A stretch of DNA of 64,000 nucleotides. Origin: Myxococcota bacterium. Its GTDB lineage: Bacteria > Myxococcota_A > UBA9042 > PHBI01 > JAWLBL01. The stretch is taken from NCBI GenBank assembly GCA_041687695.1, contig JAWLBL010000036.1, positions 1 to 64,000 on the forward strand, written 5' to 3'. The notes below the pieces were generated by a model. That model had not been told where the DNA came from. It saw nothing but the letters and a program-made list of their open reading frames with translations, and made no database searches. The stretch's first letter is position 1, and the number at the start of each line of letters is the position of its first letter. Position numbers and translations under genes: made by a program. Positions 19,970-28,930 of this stretch are shown here, piece after piece.

Positions 19970-21013
19970 TCAGGGATGTGGCGGGGCCGACCAGTCGTGG
20001 GCGTAGATGAGGCTGCGCTGTAGGCGAAGCCAGTCGAGGCCGGGGCCGGGGTCCCAGCGGTCAGGGAAGACGTACCAGGCGGGGACGAGGCCGACGATGT
20101 AGGGGCCAGGATGGTCGCTGCGGGTCAGGATGCGGCCGTCGTCGTCGAGGGGGAACTGGGGGCGGACCCAGGGGAAGACGCCGAGGAGGGCTCGGAGGAG
20201 GGAGGCGAGGGAGCGGTATTGGGCCTGGGTGAAGCCGTAAGAGGCCACGGTGACATTGGTCGGTCCGGGCGCGGATCGCAGTTGGTACGTCATGGGAGTC
20301 GAGGGGACGCGCTTGAAGGGCCCGTGGCCCATCTGGGAGCGACGGGGGTGCTGGGTGGGCCAGGCCGGCGCGTCGGGGGTGGTGGTGAGGTCGGGCAGGA
20401 GCCCGCTCAGGTGGATGCCGATGCTGCGGTCGTCGAGGGAGCCGGCGTGGCGCGCCTGGTCGCGGGGGTCGAGGGCCTGGTAGACCGTGCCGTCCCAGTC
20501 GATGAGGAAGTGGGTCGACTGATTCTGGTCGACGAGGGCGGCGAAGCCGGCTGCGGAGTCGGCGGCCGAATCGCCGTGAAGGACGAAGGCGCGGACGCGG
20601 GGGCTCCAGGCGCGGAAGGCGCGGGGGTCGTCGGGCGAGGTCGACTTGCCCATGCGGCGCCGAGCCGTGAACAGGCGAGGTTCAGGGTCGGCTCGGGTCT
20701 GCTGGGCTGCGTAGAAGGAGAGGCCGCCGGGCTGATCGAAGCGGACCACAGGGACGCCAGGCTCGAGGGCTATCGGCGTGTCGGCGACCACGATGCTGTG
20801 CTGCTTGGGGACGCCAGGGTCCGCAGGGGGCGGTTCGGTCAGGGCGGCGGGAAGGCGCGCCGGTTCCGGATCGGGTGGAGGCGCGGCCGAGGCGTACGTA
20901 GGAGGCGCAGGTGACTCCGGGGGCGGCGGCGTCACACGCTCGCAACCCCATGGGGCGAACGAGGCGACGACGACGGCCAGCCCGAAGGGCCCGAAGCGTC
21001 TCTTCGCATGCAT
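19970..21013 (-). CDS. Amidase_2-family N-acetylmuramoyl-L-alanine amidase-like lipoprotein (possibly inactive)
   Basis: FVLH, STHFLIDWDGTVYQ, ARHAG, SIGI, FTQAQYRSL, WDPGPGLDW motifs; AGGAGG RBS; signal ending WGC. Confidence 0.8.
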   Translation of the reverse strand: MHAKRRFGPFGLAVVVASFAPWGCERVTPPPPESPAPPTYASAAPPPDPEPARLPAALTEPPPADPGVPKQHSIVVADTPIALEPGVPVVRFDQPGGLSFYAAQQTRADPEPRLFTARRRMGKSTSPDDPRAFRAWSPRVRAFVLHGDSAADSAAGFAALVDQNQSTHFLIDWDGTVYQALDPRDQARHAGSLDDRSIGIHLSGLLPDLTTTPDAPAWPTQHPRRSQMGHGPFKRVPSTPMTYQLRSAPGPTNVTVASYGFTQAQYRSLASLLRALLGVFPWVRPQFPLDDDGRILTRSDHPGPYIVGLVPAWYVFPDRWDPGPGLDWLRLQRSLIYAHDWSAPPHP

Positions 21014-21153
21014 CATGACCTCCTGCGGTGCAGCGACCTCGAGACGGTAGCGGTTACCGTGCGTACGCGCAATCGAGGCGGGCCGCGCCATGCGCTCTTG
21101 TTTGTCTCGCTGCAGGATGATAAGGCACCAACGGAACCGATTGAGAGGAACGA

Positions 21154-22137
21154 ATGACGCCTGAATACCTGCATGCGTCTCCCGAGTTGATCGAGGGCCT
21201 CGGCCCGCGACGAGGCGAGGCCCTGGAAGCCGCTGGAATTGTCACCGTCGCGGACGTCGTCGCGTGTTCGCCTCGTAGGCTGCGCTCTGCCGTGCGGGGC
21301 GTCAGCCTGGGCCAAGCCGATGCGTGGAGAGCGGCAGCCTGGCTGATGCAAGTGCCCAAGGTCGACCAGCACCTGGCTGAGATTCTGGTCGGGGCTGGGC
21401 TCGACACGCTCGAGCGAGTTGCAGACCGGAGCCTGAGGTCGCTAGAGCGCATCGTGCTCGAGGGTGTCAAGGCGCGAAAGATGGCTGAGATGCCCAGCCT
21501 GTATGACTTGGCCGAGGCTCAGCGCAGCGCATGGAAGTTGATGGGGAAGGGCGTCCTCGTGGGACGCGTCCTGGCATGGGACGGGAGCGCCGTCGCCGGA
21601 GTGGCAGTCGTGATCGCGAGCAAAACGCTCAGAACGAATGAGGCTGGGCGCTTCGCGTTCGTGGGGTTGCCAGCAGGTCGACACCGGCTCCACGTCGATG
21701 CCGGGGTCCCGATGCCGCGGACGTGTGAGATTGTGCCCGATGGCCTCCGGCGGCTTACATCGATTCGAATTCCTCGGGTCGTCGAGGTTGCGGCGCAACC
21801 GAGCCTGACCGAAGCGGATGGCTCCTTCATCTTCCAAGGCCGGGGCCAGTCTCTACGGCTGAGCGACATCACGGTCGGGGATCTCCCGGACGACACCTAT
21901 TTGGTTCTGCGCCAGATGGACTCGGGGGGCCACGCGAAGCTGGTTCACCTCAACAAGCGCTTGGCAGGCTCGCAGGTTTTGGTCGAGCGCCTGAGCGTCG
22001 ACCGGGACTCCCTGCCCGCTGGGGCTTCGGAGGGGACCCTTTTGCATTACGTCAAAGGCGCCTTCGAATTGTCGGAGTCGACACTCCGTGAGATCGCGGC
22101 GCGGCGCTTGGCTGTGACGCGAGTGGGCCGTCCGTAG
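21154..22137 (+). CDS. HhH/DUF4332-like protein with a carboxypeptidase-regulatory-like domain
   Basis: IEGLGPRRGEALEAAGIVTVAD and LMQVPKVDQHLAEILVGAGLDTL (tandem HhH), then LVGRV...VAGVAVVI...TNEAGRFAFVGLPAGRHRL; lower GC. Confidence 0.7.
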   Translation: MTPEYLHASPELIEGLGPRRGEALEAAGIVTVADVVACSPRRLRSAVRGVSLGQADAWRAAAWLMQVPKVDQHLAEILVGAGLDTLERVADRSLRSLERIVLEGVKARKMAEMPSLYDLAEAQRSAWKLMGKGVLVGRVLAWDGSAVAGVAVVIASKTLRTNEAGRFAFVGLPAGRHRLHVDAGVPMPRTCEIVPDGLRRLTSIRIPRVVEVAAQPSLTEADGSFIFQGRGQSLRLSDITVGDLPDDTYLVLRQMDSGGHAKLVHLNKRLAGSQVLVERLSVDRDSLPAGASEGTLLHYVKGAFELSESTLREIAARRLAVTRVGRP

Positions 22138-22156
22138 GAGCCTGGGAGGAAAGCTG

Positions 22157-22729
22157 ATGCTCTACTTCTTCGATGGAAGCAGCGGGTGTGATCTGTGCCA
22201 GGCCTTTTCGGGCATCTACGCCTCGGCCGAAGTGCGTCCTCATCCGCACTGTGAATGCACGGTCGAGCCGCTCGAAGAGGACATGCTGACTGACTCGATG
22301 GACGACATCGAAAGTTTGCTGGACGATGGTTGCTACGTGCCGGACTCCCTGGTCATCTCGGAGAGCGATTGGACCGAAGATGAGACCATCACCCTGGACG
22401 ATAGCTGCTTCAGCTCGGCAGGCGAAGCTGAACTGGAGATTCCAGGGGTCGAGGACGACCGCCTCGGCGACCTGAGCGAGTACGCGGAGGCCGAAGGATG
22501 GATTCGACCGACCTCGGAAGAACGGACCGTGACGATACCGGCGCGGCCAGGGCATCGGACCGTCGTTCCAATCAGGAAACACTATGTGACAGTTGACATC
22601 TTGGTCTACGTCGGTAGCTGCAACCCACCGCACATACCCACCGGGACGGAATACGGCAGCTTCACCTATTTGGCGGACGTGGAGGTAGGTGAGCCCGATT
22701 ACGAGCCGTGCGACGATCGGATCGCGTGA
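22157..22729 (+). CDS. acidic hypothetical protein with an N-terminal CxxC...PHPHCxC motif
   Basis: GGAGGA RBS; CDLC...RPHPHCEC; D/E-rich. Confidence 0.65.
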   Translation: MLYFFDGSSGCDLCQAFSGIYASAEVRPHPHCECTVEPLEEDMLTDSMDDIESLLDDGCYVPDSLVISESDWTEDETITLDDSCFSSAGEAELEIPGVEDDRLGDLSEYAEAEGWIRPTSEERTVTIPARPGHRTVVPIRKHYVTVDILVYVGSCNPPHIPTGTEYGSFTYLADVEVGEPDYEPCDDRIA

Positions 22730-23470
22730 CGACGCAGCGTCCTTTGGTGCGGTTGCTCTCGTCGTGGAAAGTGAGCCAATCGCCGAGCACGGCTGACTGG
22801 AACTGGCCGGACCGCTCGAATATCTCGGGCGAAGGGGGGCAAGGTCTGGAGACTGTGGAGTGAGTGGGTCGAGGCGCCCAACGCCTGCTGTCTCATGCAG
22901 GCAGCGCCGTCGAGGATGCCCGCCTCGTCGGGAGTCTAGCCCGGTGCGTCGAACGGGGTGGCCACGGCGTCATCGACCACTTTGCTGCCATCGCACGTAC
23001 GAACTTGCAGGCCGCCCGCGAAGCGACCGTCCACGGTGCACGCCAGACCCGGGCCCGCGCCGTCGAAGAGGGGCTGGACGCGCCATGAGAGTGCCCTGGG
23101 CGTCGTGTCGCCGGCGGCGTCCACTTGCATGACCGTGTCGGTGGCCTCGGGTTCGCCGTCTGCGACGACATCGGCGTCCACTCCATCAACCCGAGGGCCG
23201 GCGCACGCGCTCGGCAGGAACGTCGCGCAGGCGAGGATGAGGCCCAGGGGGGCCGATGGCGCGCGATGGGAAGCGCGATGGGAAGCGCGATGGGAAGCGC
23301 GATCGGGAGCGCATCGGGAGAGCGGCGCGCGGGCTGCGGCCGGACGCGGAGTGGGCTCGGCGGTGCGGCTTGGTGTGGCCTTCACGGCTGGGCCCGAGGG
23401 GTCGTCGGGGCAGGCTGGCGGGTCATGACTCTGTGGGGTCGGTGGAGGTGAGGTGGACGCGGTCGCCCGT
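22730..23470 (-). pseudogene. degenerate partial copy of the lipoprotein gene at 18056-19729 and its upstream region
   Basis: MQVDAAGDTTPRALSWRVQPLFDGAGPG vs MQVDAASDTMPKALSWRVQPLFDGAGPG; internal deletion, TAG at 22936, truncated at 22730. Confidence 0.8.
23261..23308. repeat. 12-bp microsatellite (GCGCGATGGGAA) x~4
   Basis: Directly visible; last copy degenerate. Confidence 0.8.
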
Positions 23471-23582
23471 GTTGCGCGGCAGTGGGATGCCTTCAACAGT
23501 GGCTCGAGGGGCGGCCGTCGAGAGGCGGTGAGTGGAGGTCGGCCAGGTTGTTCGGCTGGGAGGCGGGTCGTAGGATGCGGGC

Positions 23583-24023
23583 ATGAGCGAGGGACGTGAC
23601 GAACGGGCGGGCGAGTCGGGCGAGCGGGGCTCGGGAAGTCAGGAGCTGCCGGGGCGCCGGCGGCTGGTGGTCGATGCGGCCAATGTCGTGGGGTCGGTGC
23701 CGGACGGGTGGTGGAGGGACCGGCTGGGCGCGGCGCGGAGGCTGAGGGACGCGCTGGTGGGGGTCGCGGAGGAGGGGCTGCCGGAGGTGGGGCTGGCGGG
23801 GCCGCTGGAGGTCGTGCTGGTGGTCGAGGGGGCGGCGCGTGGGGTCGAGGGGTGCCCGGGGGTCGAGGTGGTGTCGGCGGCGAGGTCGGGGGACGACGCC
23901 ATCGTGGAGCTGGTGCGCGAGGCGCCGGAGTGCGTGGTCGTGACGGCGGACCGCGAGTTGGCGCGGCGGGTGCGGGCGCTGGGGGCCGAGGTGATCGGGC
24001 CGCGGAGGGTGCCGAGGCGGTGA
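23583..24023 (+). CDS. NYN/PIN-fold (YacP-like) protein
   Basis: LVVDAANVVGSVPDGWWRDR, SGDDAIV, VVVTADRELARRV acidic PIN-type motifs. Confidence 0.8.
   Translation: MSEGRDERAGESGERGSGSQELPGRRRLVVDAANVVGSVPDGWWRDRLGAARRLRDALVGVAEEGLPEVGLAGPLEVVLVVEGAARGVEGCPGVEVVSAARSGDDAIVELVREAPECVVVTADRELARRVRALGAEVIGPRRVPRR
23934..24023 (+). repeat. 90-bp direct repeat copy 1 (3' end of the NYN gene)
   Basis: Near-identical to 25656-25745. Confidence 0.85.
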
Positions 24024-24155
24024 CAGGGGCTCGTGACGGGCGGTCGGGGACCTGTCGATGAGCTGCCGCGGAGGTGTGGGGCGCGGGTTGCCGTGCCGCG
24101 TGCGGGCGCCCTATAAGGCGGGCGGCTGATTGCTGCGGTCTCGGAGGGCTCGCCC

Positions 24156-25538
24156 ATGTCGCTTCGCTTCGTCCTGATGGTCACGATGGTGCTGCCCGGG
24201 TGCGCGGGGGGCTGCGGCAAGACGCTGGAGCCGGCGACCGACCCCGTACCCGCGAGCTATGGGACTCCGGCCGAGAGCGTCGCGCAGGCCGGCGAATGGG
24301 TCGGGCGGCACGAGCAGCGGGCCCTGCCCCTGGAGCAGGACGAATGCTTGGAGCTGTATCTGCGCGCGGCAGAGACGCCGAGGGGCGGGCCGGAGTCGCT
24401 GCTGGTGTGCCGGGTCGAGGCGTCGCGGGAGCGGTCGTACGAGGGCGCGGGCAAGCAGATCGCCACGCTGGGCGCGAGCAATGCGCCCGAGCTGCGGGTC
24501 GCGGTGGCCGTGGGCGATGAGCCGGCGGCGATGCAGGCGGGCGAGGACAACGAGCATGTGGCGTGCGTGACGCTGCCGCTCGTGACGTTGTCGCCCGGGG
24601 ACGCGGTGCGCCTGGCACTGTACGACGACGACACGCCGCTCGGGGATGGTCTGGGCGGTGAGCTCATCGGCACGGGGAGCGGGGCCTTCGCTGGGAGCTG
24701 GCCGCTTGAAGTGACCGGTGAGCACTTCACGGCCACCTGCCTGGCCGCCCCCAAGGCCGAGGGCGAGTGGCGCCTGACGCACAGCGCGCTGCCCATCCTG
24801 GACAGCACGGTCTCGCGGTTGCGCGAGGTCGGGGCGAAGGACGGGACCCAGCCGCCGCTGGCGCGGTTCGCCGACGAGCTGGCCCAGGCCCGCAAGTGGG
24901 TGGACTACGGGGTGCGTTACGTCGGGTGGGCCGAGCCGCGGCTGGCCAAGCGCCGGCGAGCGGTGCGTGAGGCGGTGGTGGCCGTGCTCGCGCCGCTGGC
25001 TCCCGAGTCGCGCCCGAAGCCGGCGTTCTCGTTCGGCGGCGAGGCCTTGACCGGGTTGGTGGATGCGGTCGTGTGCAGGCCGGGCGAGGCGCCGCCGCTG
25101 GCGCCGCAGGTGAGCCTGGACCCGCCGCTCGCATGGCCGGAGCCGCCGGCGAGGAGCTGCCGGCTGGGCCTCACCATGCACGCCGCGGCCGGCCCGGACG
25201 GTCAGGTGTTGCCGGGCAATCGAGCGCTGCCGCTGGTCGAGGCCGAGCTCGTCACGCGCTCGGGCGACGTGATCCCGCTCGAGGCCGCGTGGTGGGACGA
25301 GCGCGCGGGCGACGGCGTCTGGCGCCCTCTGCGCGACGCCCCAGGGAACGCCGGGGCCCTGCCGCCGCCCGGCACGCCCATCCAGGTGCGCCTCGACCCG
25401 CCGCGCGCGCTCGACTTCGAGGGCGCGAGCTACGGCGGCGCCTGGCTTTTGCTGCTGGGCGGCCGTTTGGGACGCGAGGCGCGGGAGCCGCAGCTGTTGC
25501 CGCTGGGGGACGTTTCTCGTTCCTCGGCGGAAGACTGA
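24156..25538 (+). CDS. hypothetical lipoprotein
   Basis: Signal MSLRFVLMVTMVLPGC; 460-aa ORF with GC-rich codon usage; GGAGGG RBS. Confidence 0.65.
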   Translation: MSLRFVLMVTMVLPGCAGGCGKTLEPATDPVPASYGTPAESVAQAGEWVGRHEQRALPLEQDECLELYLRAAETPRGGPESLLVCRVEASRERSYEGAGKQIATLGASNAPELRVAVAVGDEPAAMQAGEDNEHVACVTLPLVTLSPGDAVRLALYDDDTPLGDGLGGELIGTGSGAFAGSWPLEVTGEHFTATCLAAPKAEGEWRLTHSALPILDSTVSRLREVGAKDGTQPPLARFADELAQARKWVDYGVRYVGWAEPRLAKRRRAVREAVVAVLAPLAPESRPKPAFSFGGEALTGLVDAVVCRPGEAPPLAPQVSLDPPLAWPEPPARSCRLGLTMHAAAGPDGQVLPGNRALPLVEAELVTRSGDVIPLEAAWWDERAGDGVWRPLRDAPGNAGALPPPGTPIQVRLDPPRALDFEGASYGGAWLLLLGGRLGREAREPQLLPLGDVSRSSAED

Positions 25539-25542
25539 TCGA

Positions 25543-25617
25543 CGAGCGCCCGCGGCGCCGCGAGCGGCGCGATCCAGTGAGCCCCCGCGAGCGGGGGCAC
25601 TCCATGGGCGGGCGCGA
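25543..25617. repeat. dispersed ~75-bp intergenic repeat, copy A
   Basis: CGAGCGCCCGCGGCGCCGCGAGCGG...GAGCCCCCGCGAGCGGGGGCACTCCATGGG, matching 28839-28911. Confidence 0.7.
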
Positions 25618-25655
25618 TGGGGGTGGCGAGAGCGCGGAGGGAGGGGCCCGGTTGA

Positions 25656-25745
25656 GTGGTCGTGACGGCGGACCGGGAGCTGGCGCGGCGGGTGCGGGCG
25701 CTGGGGGCCGAGGTGATTGGGCCCCGGAGGGTGCCGAGGCGGTGA
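25656..25745 (+). repeat. 90-bp direct repeat copy 2 (duplicated NYN gene 3' end including stop)
   Basis: Encodes VVVTADRELARRVRALGAEVIGPRRVPRR* again. Confidence 0.85.
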
Positions 25746-25829
25746 GGCGTAAGACCGTGGGGTAGTTGCGAGGCGGCGGCTCTGGGGTTGTTCGAGCGGT
25801 TCCCGGACCCGTAGAGTTCGCGCCGCGAG

Positions 25830-28118
25830 GTGGTGATGACGGCGACGGATTCGGTGGGTGAGGCGGGGGCGTGGGTGACGGAGGCGCTGCCGGCGGCGCT
25901 GGCCTCGGTGGAGCGGCCGGGGAGCTTCGCGGCCGGGGGGCGGGTGCGGTGTCCGATGCCCGCCATCGAGGTCGACGGGGTGGGGATGCTGGCGTGGCCG
26001 CTGCCGAGCATGCAGGCCGAGGCGCTGGCGCGGGCGGCCGAGCGCGCGCCGTACGGGCGCGGGGCGGAGACGCTGGTCGACGTCGACGTGAGGCGCTGCT
26101 GGCAGCTGGGGCCCGAGCGGCTGACGGTCGACGACCCGGGGTGGGAAGGGACGATCGCGGGCGTCGTGGACGAGGTGCGGCGCGGGCTGGGCGTGACGGG
26201 CGAGGTGCGGGCCGAGCTGTACAAGCTGCTGGTGTACGACGCGGGCAGCTTCTTCGTGGAGCACCGGGACACCGAGAAGGCGCCGGGCATGTTCGGGACG
26301 CTCGTCGTGGCGTTGCCGAGCGCGTTCGAGGGCGGCGAGCTGGTCGTCCGGCACGGGGGTGAGGAGGCGCGGTTCGAGTTGGGCGCGCGGCGGCCATCGG
26401 AGGTGGCGTGGGCGGCCTTCTATGCCGACTGTCCGCACGAGCTGCGGCCCGTGACGGCAGGCTGGCGGGTCGTCCTGGTCTACAACCTGGTGCGTGGGGG
26501 TGAGGCGTTGGCGCCGCCCGACAATTCGATGGAGCGGACGAAGGTCGCGGAGGTGTTTCGGCGCTGGCGGCGAGAGGGCGGCCCGGTGAAGGTGGCGCTG
26601 TTGCTGGAGCATCACTACACGCCCGAGGGGCTGTCGTTCGAGGGGCTGAAGAACCGGGACGCGGCGGTGGCGGCGGTGGTGTGCGGCGCAGCGCGAGACG
26701 CTGGGTGCACGAGCCAGCTCGCGATGGTGTCGCTGCACGAGGCCGGGGCGGCCGAGTACATGGGCGGGTCGGGGCGGCGGTGGGGGCGGCGTTGGTACGA
26801 GGAGGCCGAGGCGTCGGACGACCCGGACGACTACGAGATCATCGAGATCTTCGAGCGCGAGCAGGTGGTCGGCGGGTGGCTGACGCCGGAGGGCGGGGCG
26901 CCGGCGCTGGTTGGGGCGGTGGAGCTGCTGGACGAGGAGATCACGCCGCCGGGGGCGCTCGAGGGCCAGGCGCCGGACGAGCAGCTCTTCACGGAGGCGA
27001 CCGGGAACGAGGGCGGGAGCTTCGAGCGGACCTATCGGCGGGCGGCCCTGGTCGTGTGGCCCGACGAAGGGCTCATGGACGTCATCGCGCAGGGGGCTCT
27101 GGAGGCGAGCACCGCAGCGTTCAAGGCGCTGGCCGAGCGCGGGGCGGCTGGGGCGGAGCGGCTCGGCGCGCGTCTCATCGAGCGGATGGCGGCGCGACCC
27201 AGGCCGGGGGCGGACCCGCTTCGGGTGAGGCTGCTCGAGGGGCTCGCGCTCCTGGGAGACCGGGGCCTGATTCGGGCGATGGTGGAGCCCATGGCGCGGT
27301 TGGGTGCGCTGGCTTCGGGCGAGGCCGAGGCGCTGGTCGCGTGTGCTCGGGCGTTGGGGTGGACGGAGGGCGGGGCGCTGCTCGTTGGGCTGGCCGAGGC
27401 CGTGACTCCGATCGTGCCGGGCGCCGTGGCTGCGCTGATGGCGCGCGTCGCGGAGGTCGAGGACGAGGGCGCGCGCGAGGCCTGCTCGGTGCCGCTGGCG
27501 CGCGCCGTTCTGGGGGCGTTGCCGGACAAGCGCCTGTACGAGTGGACCTACCGTTCGGACGAGGGCGTGAATGCCGTGACGGCCGAGCGGCTGCTTCGGG
27601 CGATGGGGAGCCTCGACGGCGAGCTGGCCTCCGAGGCGCTGGAGGCGATGGTCGCTCGGTCGGACGTCTTCTTGCCCGACGAGGTGATGGTCCCGGCGGC
27701 GGTAGCGCTGTGGGAGGGCACGACCGAGCGGCCCGAGTGGCTGCGCGCGCTGCGGAAGCTGGCCATCGAGCACCTGGTCGCGGGCTGTGTGGCGCCGCCC
27801 GAGCCGCCGGCCGACTGGACGCGGGAGGCGAACGTCGGGTGTTCGTGCGCGAACTGTCGGGATTTCGCGAGGTTTCTGGCCTCGCCAAGCGAGCCGCGGT
27901 GGGTCTACAAGGCGGCGGAGGCGAAACGAAGTCATGTCGAGGGCACGATCCGCAGCGCGCGCAGCGACGTAGACTACGTGACCGAGAAGCGGGGAAGCCC
28001 TCACTCGCTCGTCTGCACCAAGAACCAGCGCAGCTACGAGGCGCGGCTGGCCAGATACGAGGCCGACGTGGCCCTGCTGAGGCGGCTCGAGCTGTCCCCG
28101 GACGACTTCGAGGCGTGA
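25830..28118 (+). CDS. 2OG-Fe(II) oxygenase domain protein with C-terminal CxCxxC
   Basis: LYKLLVY...FFVEHRDTEK (HxD), DCPHELRPV (distal H), RVVLVYNL (2OG-binding R); CSCANC near the C-terminus. Confidence 0.88.
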   Translation: MVMTATDSVGEAGAWVTEALPAALASVERPGSFAAGGRVRCPMPAIEVDGVGMLAWPLPSMQAEALARAAERAPYGRGAETLVDVDVRRCWQLGPERLTVDDPGWEGTIAGVVDEVRRGLGVTGEVRAELYKLLVYDAGSFFVEHRDTEKAPGMFGTLVVALPSAFEGGELVVRHGGEEARFELGARRPSEVAWAAFYADCPHELRPVTAGWRVVLVYNLVRGGEALAPPDNSMERTKVAEVFRRWRREGGPVKVALLLEHHYTPEGLSFEGLKNRDAAVAAVVCGAARDAGCTSQLAMVSLHEAGAAEYMGGSGRRWGRRWYEEAEASDDPDDYEIIEIFEREQVVGGWLTPEGGAPALVGAVELLDEEITPPGALEGQAPDEQLFTEATGNEGGSFERTYRRAALVVWPDEGLMDVIAQGALEASTAAFKALAERGAAGAERLGARLIERMAARPRPGADPLRVRLLEGLALLGDRGLIRAMVEPMARLGALASGEAEALVACARALGWTEGGALLVGLAEAVTPIVPGAVAALMARVAEVEDEGAREACSVPLARAVLGALPDKRLYEWTYRSDEGVNAVTAERLLRAMGSLDGELASEALEAMVARSDVFLPDEVMVPAAVALWEGTTERPEWLRALRKLAIEHLVAGCVAPPEPPADWTREANVGCSCANCRDFARFLASPSEPRWVYKAAEAKRSHVEGTIRSARSDVDYVTEKRGSPHSLVCTKNQRSYEARLARYEADVALLRRLELSPDDFEA

Positions 28119-28170
28119 CGCGCCGCAGCAGTGCCAAGTCTCCCATGGCGCCGCGAGCGGCGCTGGCGTT

Positions 28171-28557
28171 TCAGTGAGCGGGCCGAGCCTTCGACCGAAA
28201 CTGCACGCCTGGGAGGCCGTCGAAGTCTGCGTCCTGGGTCCAGAGTTCGGCGTCGTGGGCTCGAGCCGTGGCGAGGACGATGCTGTCGGCCAGGGGGAGG
28301 CGGTGGGCGAGGCCGAGTCGAGCGGCCGAGAGGGACAGCTCGGCGGTGAGCTCGACGATGCGCCCCTGATGCATGGCGGTGACGGCCGTCAGGGCGTCGG
28401 TTTCGCCGCGCTGGCTCGCGATGCGGCGGTAGACCTCATAGATCGTGATCGACGGGACGACGAGCAACGCCACGTCTTCGATGGCCGGAGCGAACAAGGA
28501 CGCGTTGGGCCCATCGGCGAAGTATTCGAGCCAGGCCGAGGAGTCGATGACGTTCAC
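28171..28557 (-). CDS. vapC: VapC-family PIN toxin
   Basis: VIDSSAWLEYF, TIYEV, LPLADSIVLATA, LWTQDADF. Confidence 0.92.
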   Translation of the reverse strand: MNVIDSSAWLEYFADGPNASLFAPAIEDVALLVVPSITIYEVYRRIASQRGETDALTAVTAMHQGRIVELTAELSLSAARLGLAHRLPLADSIVLATARAHDAELWTQDADFDGLPGVQFRSKARPAH

Positions 28558-28790
28558 TCGCGGTCGTCCTCTCGCGGGACATCGGTGTCGAGCCCGGGCA
28601 GAAAGCCCCGTAGCTCGCGCATGGGGACGATGGGGACGAGCTCGATGCGGCCGCCGATGACCAGGGCCTGGAGCTTCTGGCCGGGCCGGATTCCGAGGGC
28701 TTCGCGCACGCGCCGAGGGAGGACGACCTGGTACTTGGAAGAGACCGTCAGGGTCTCGGACGCGGTAGGGATCGATCCGGGCTTCGTCAT
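28554..28790 (-). CDS. AbrB/MazE/SpoVT-family antitoxin
   Basis: TVSSKYQVVLPRRVREALGIRPGQKL; GTGA overlap with vapC. Confidence 0.9.
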   Translation of the reverse strand: MTKPGSIPTASETLTVSSKYQVVLPRRVREALGIRPGQKLQALVIGGRIELVPIVPMRELRGFLPGLDTDVPREDDRE

Positions 28791-28838
28791 ACGGGGAGGG
28801 TATCGATGGGATGTGGGTAGGTCAACGTGCGGTGAGCC

Positions 28839-28911
28839 GAGCGCTCGGGGCGCCGCGAGCGGGGTGGGGCTGGGGAGCCCCAGCGAGCGGGGGCACTCCA
28901 ATGGGGCGCGG
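28839..28911. repeat. dispersed ~75-bp intergenic repeat, copy B
   Basis: Matches 25543-25617. Confidence 0.7.
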
Positions 28912-28930
28912 AGCGAGGGCGAGGCGGCGG

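Noticed and set aside
24111..28004. Very long antisense or alternate-frame ORFs (e.g. 1297 aa here; also 28811-32107, 46361-49480, 58960-61629, 60105-62696)
   Set aside because: Arg/Pro/Gly-rich shadows of real genes, caused by stop-codon scarcity at high GC.
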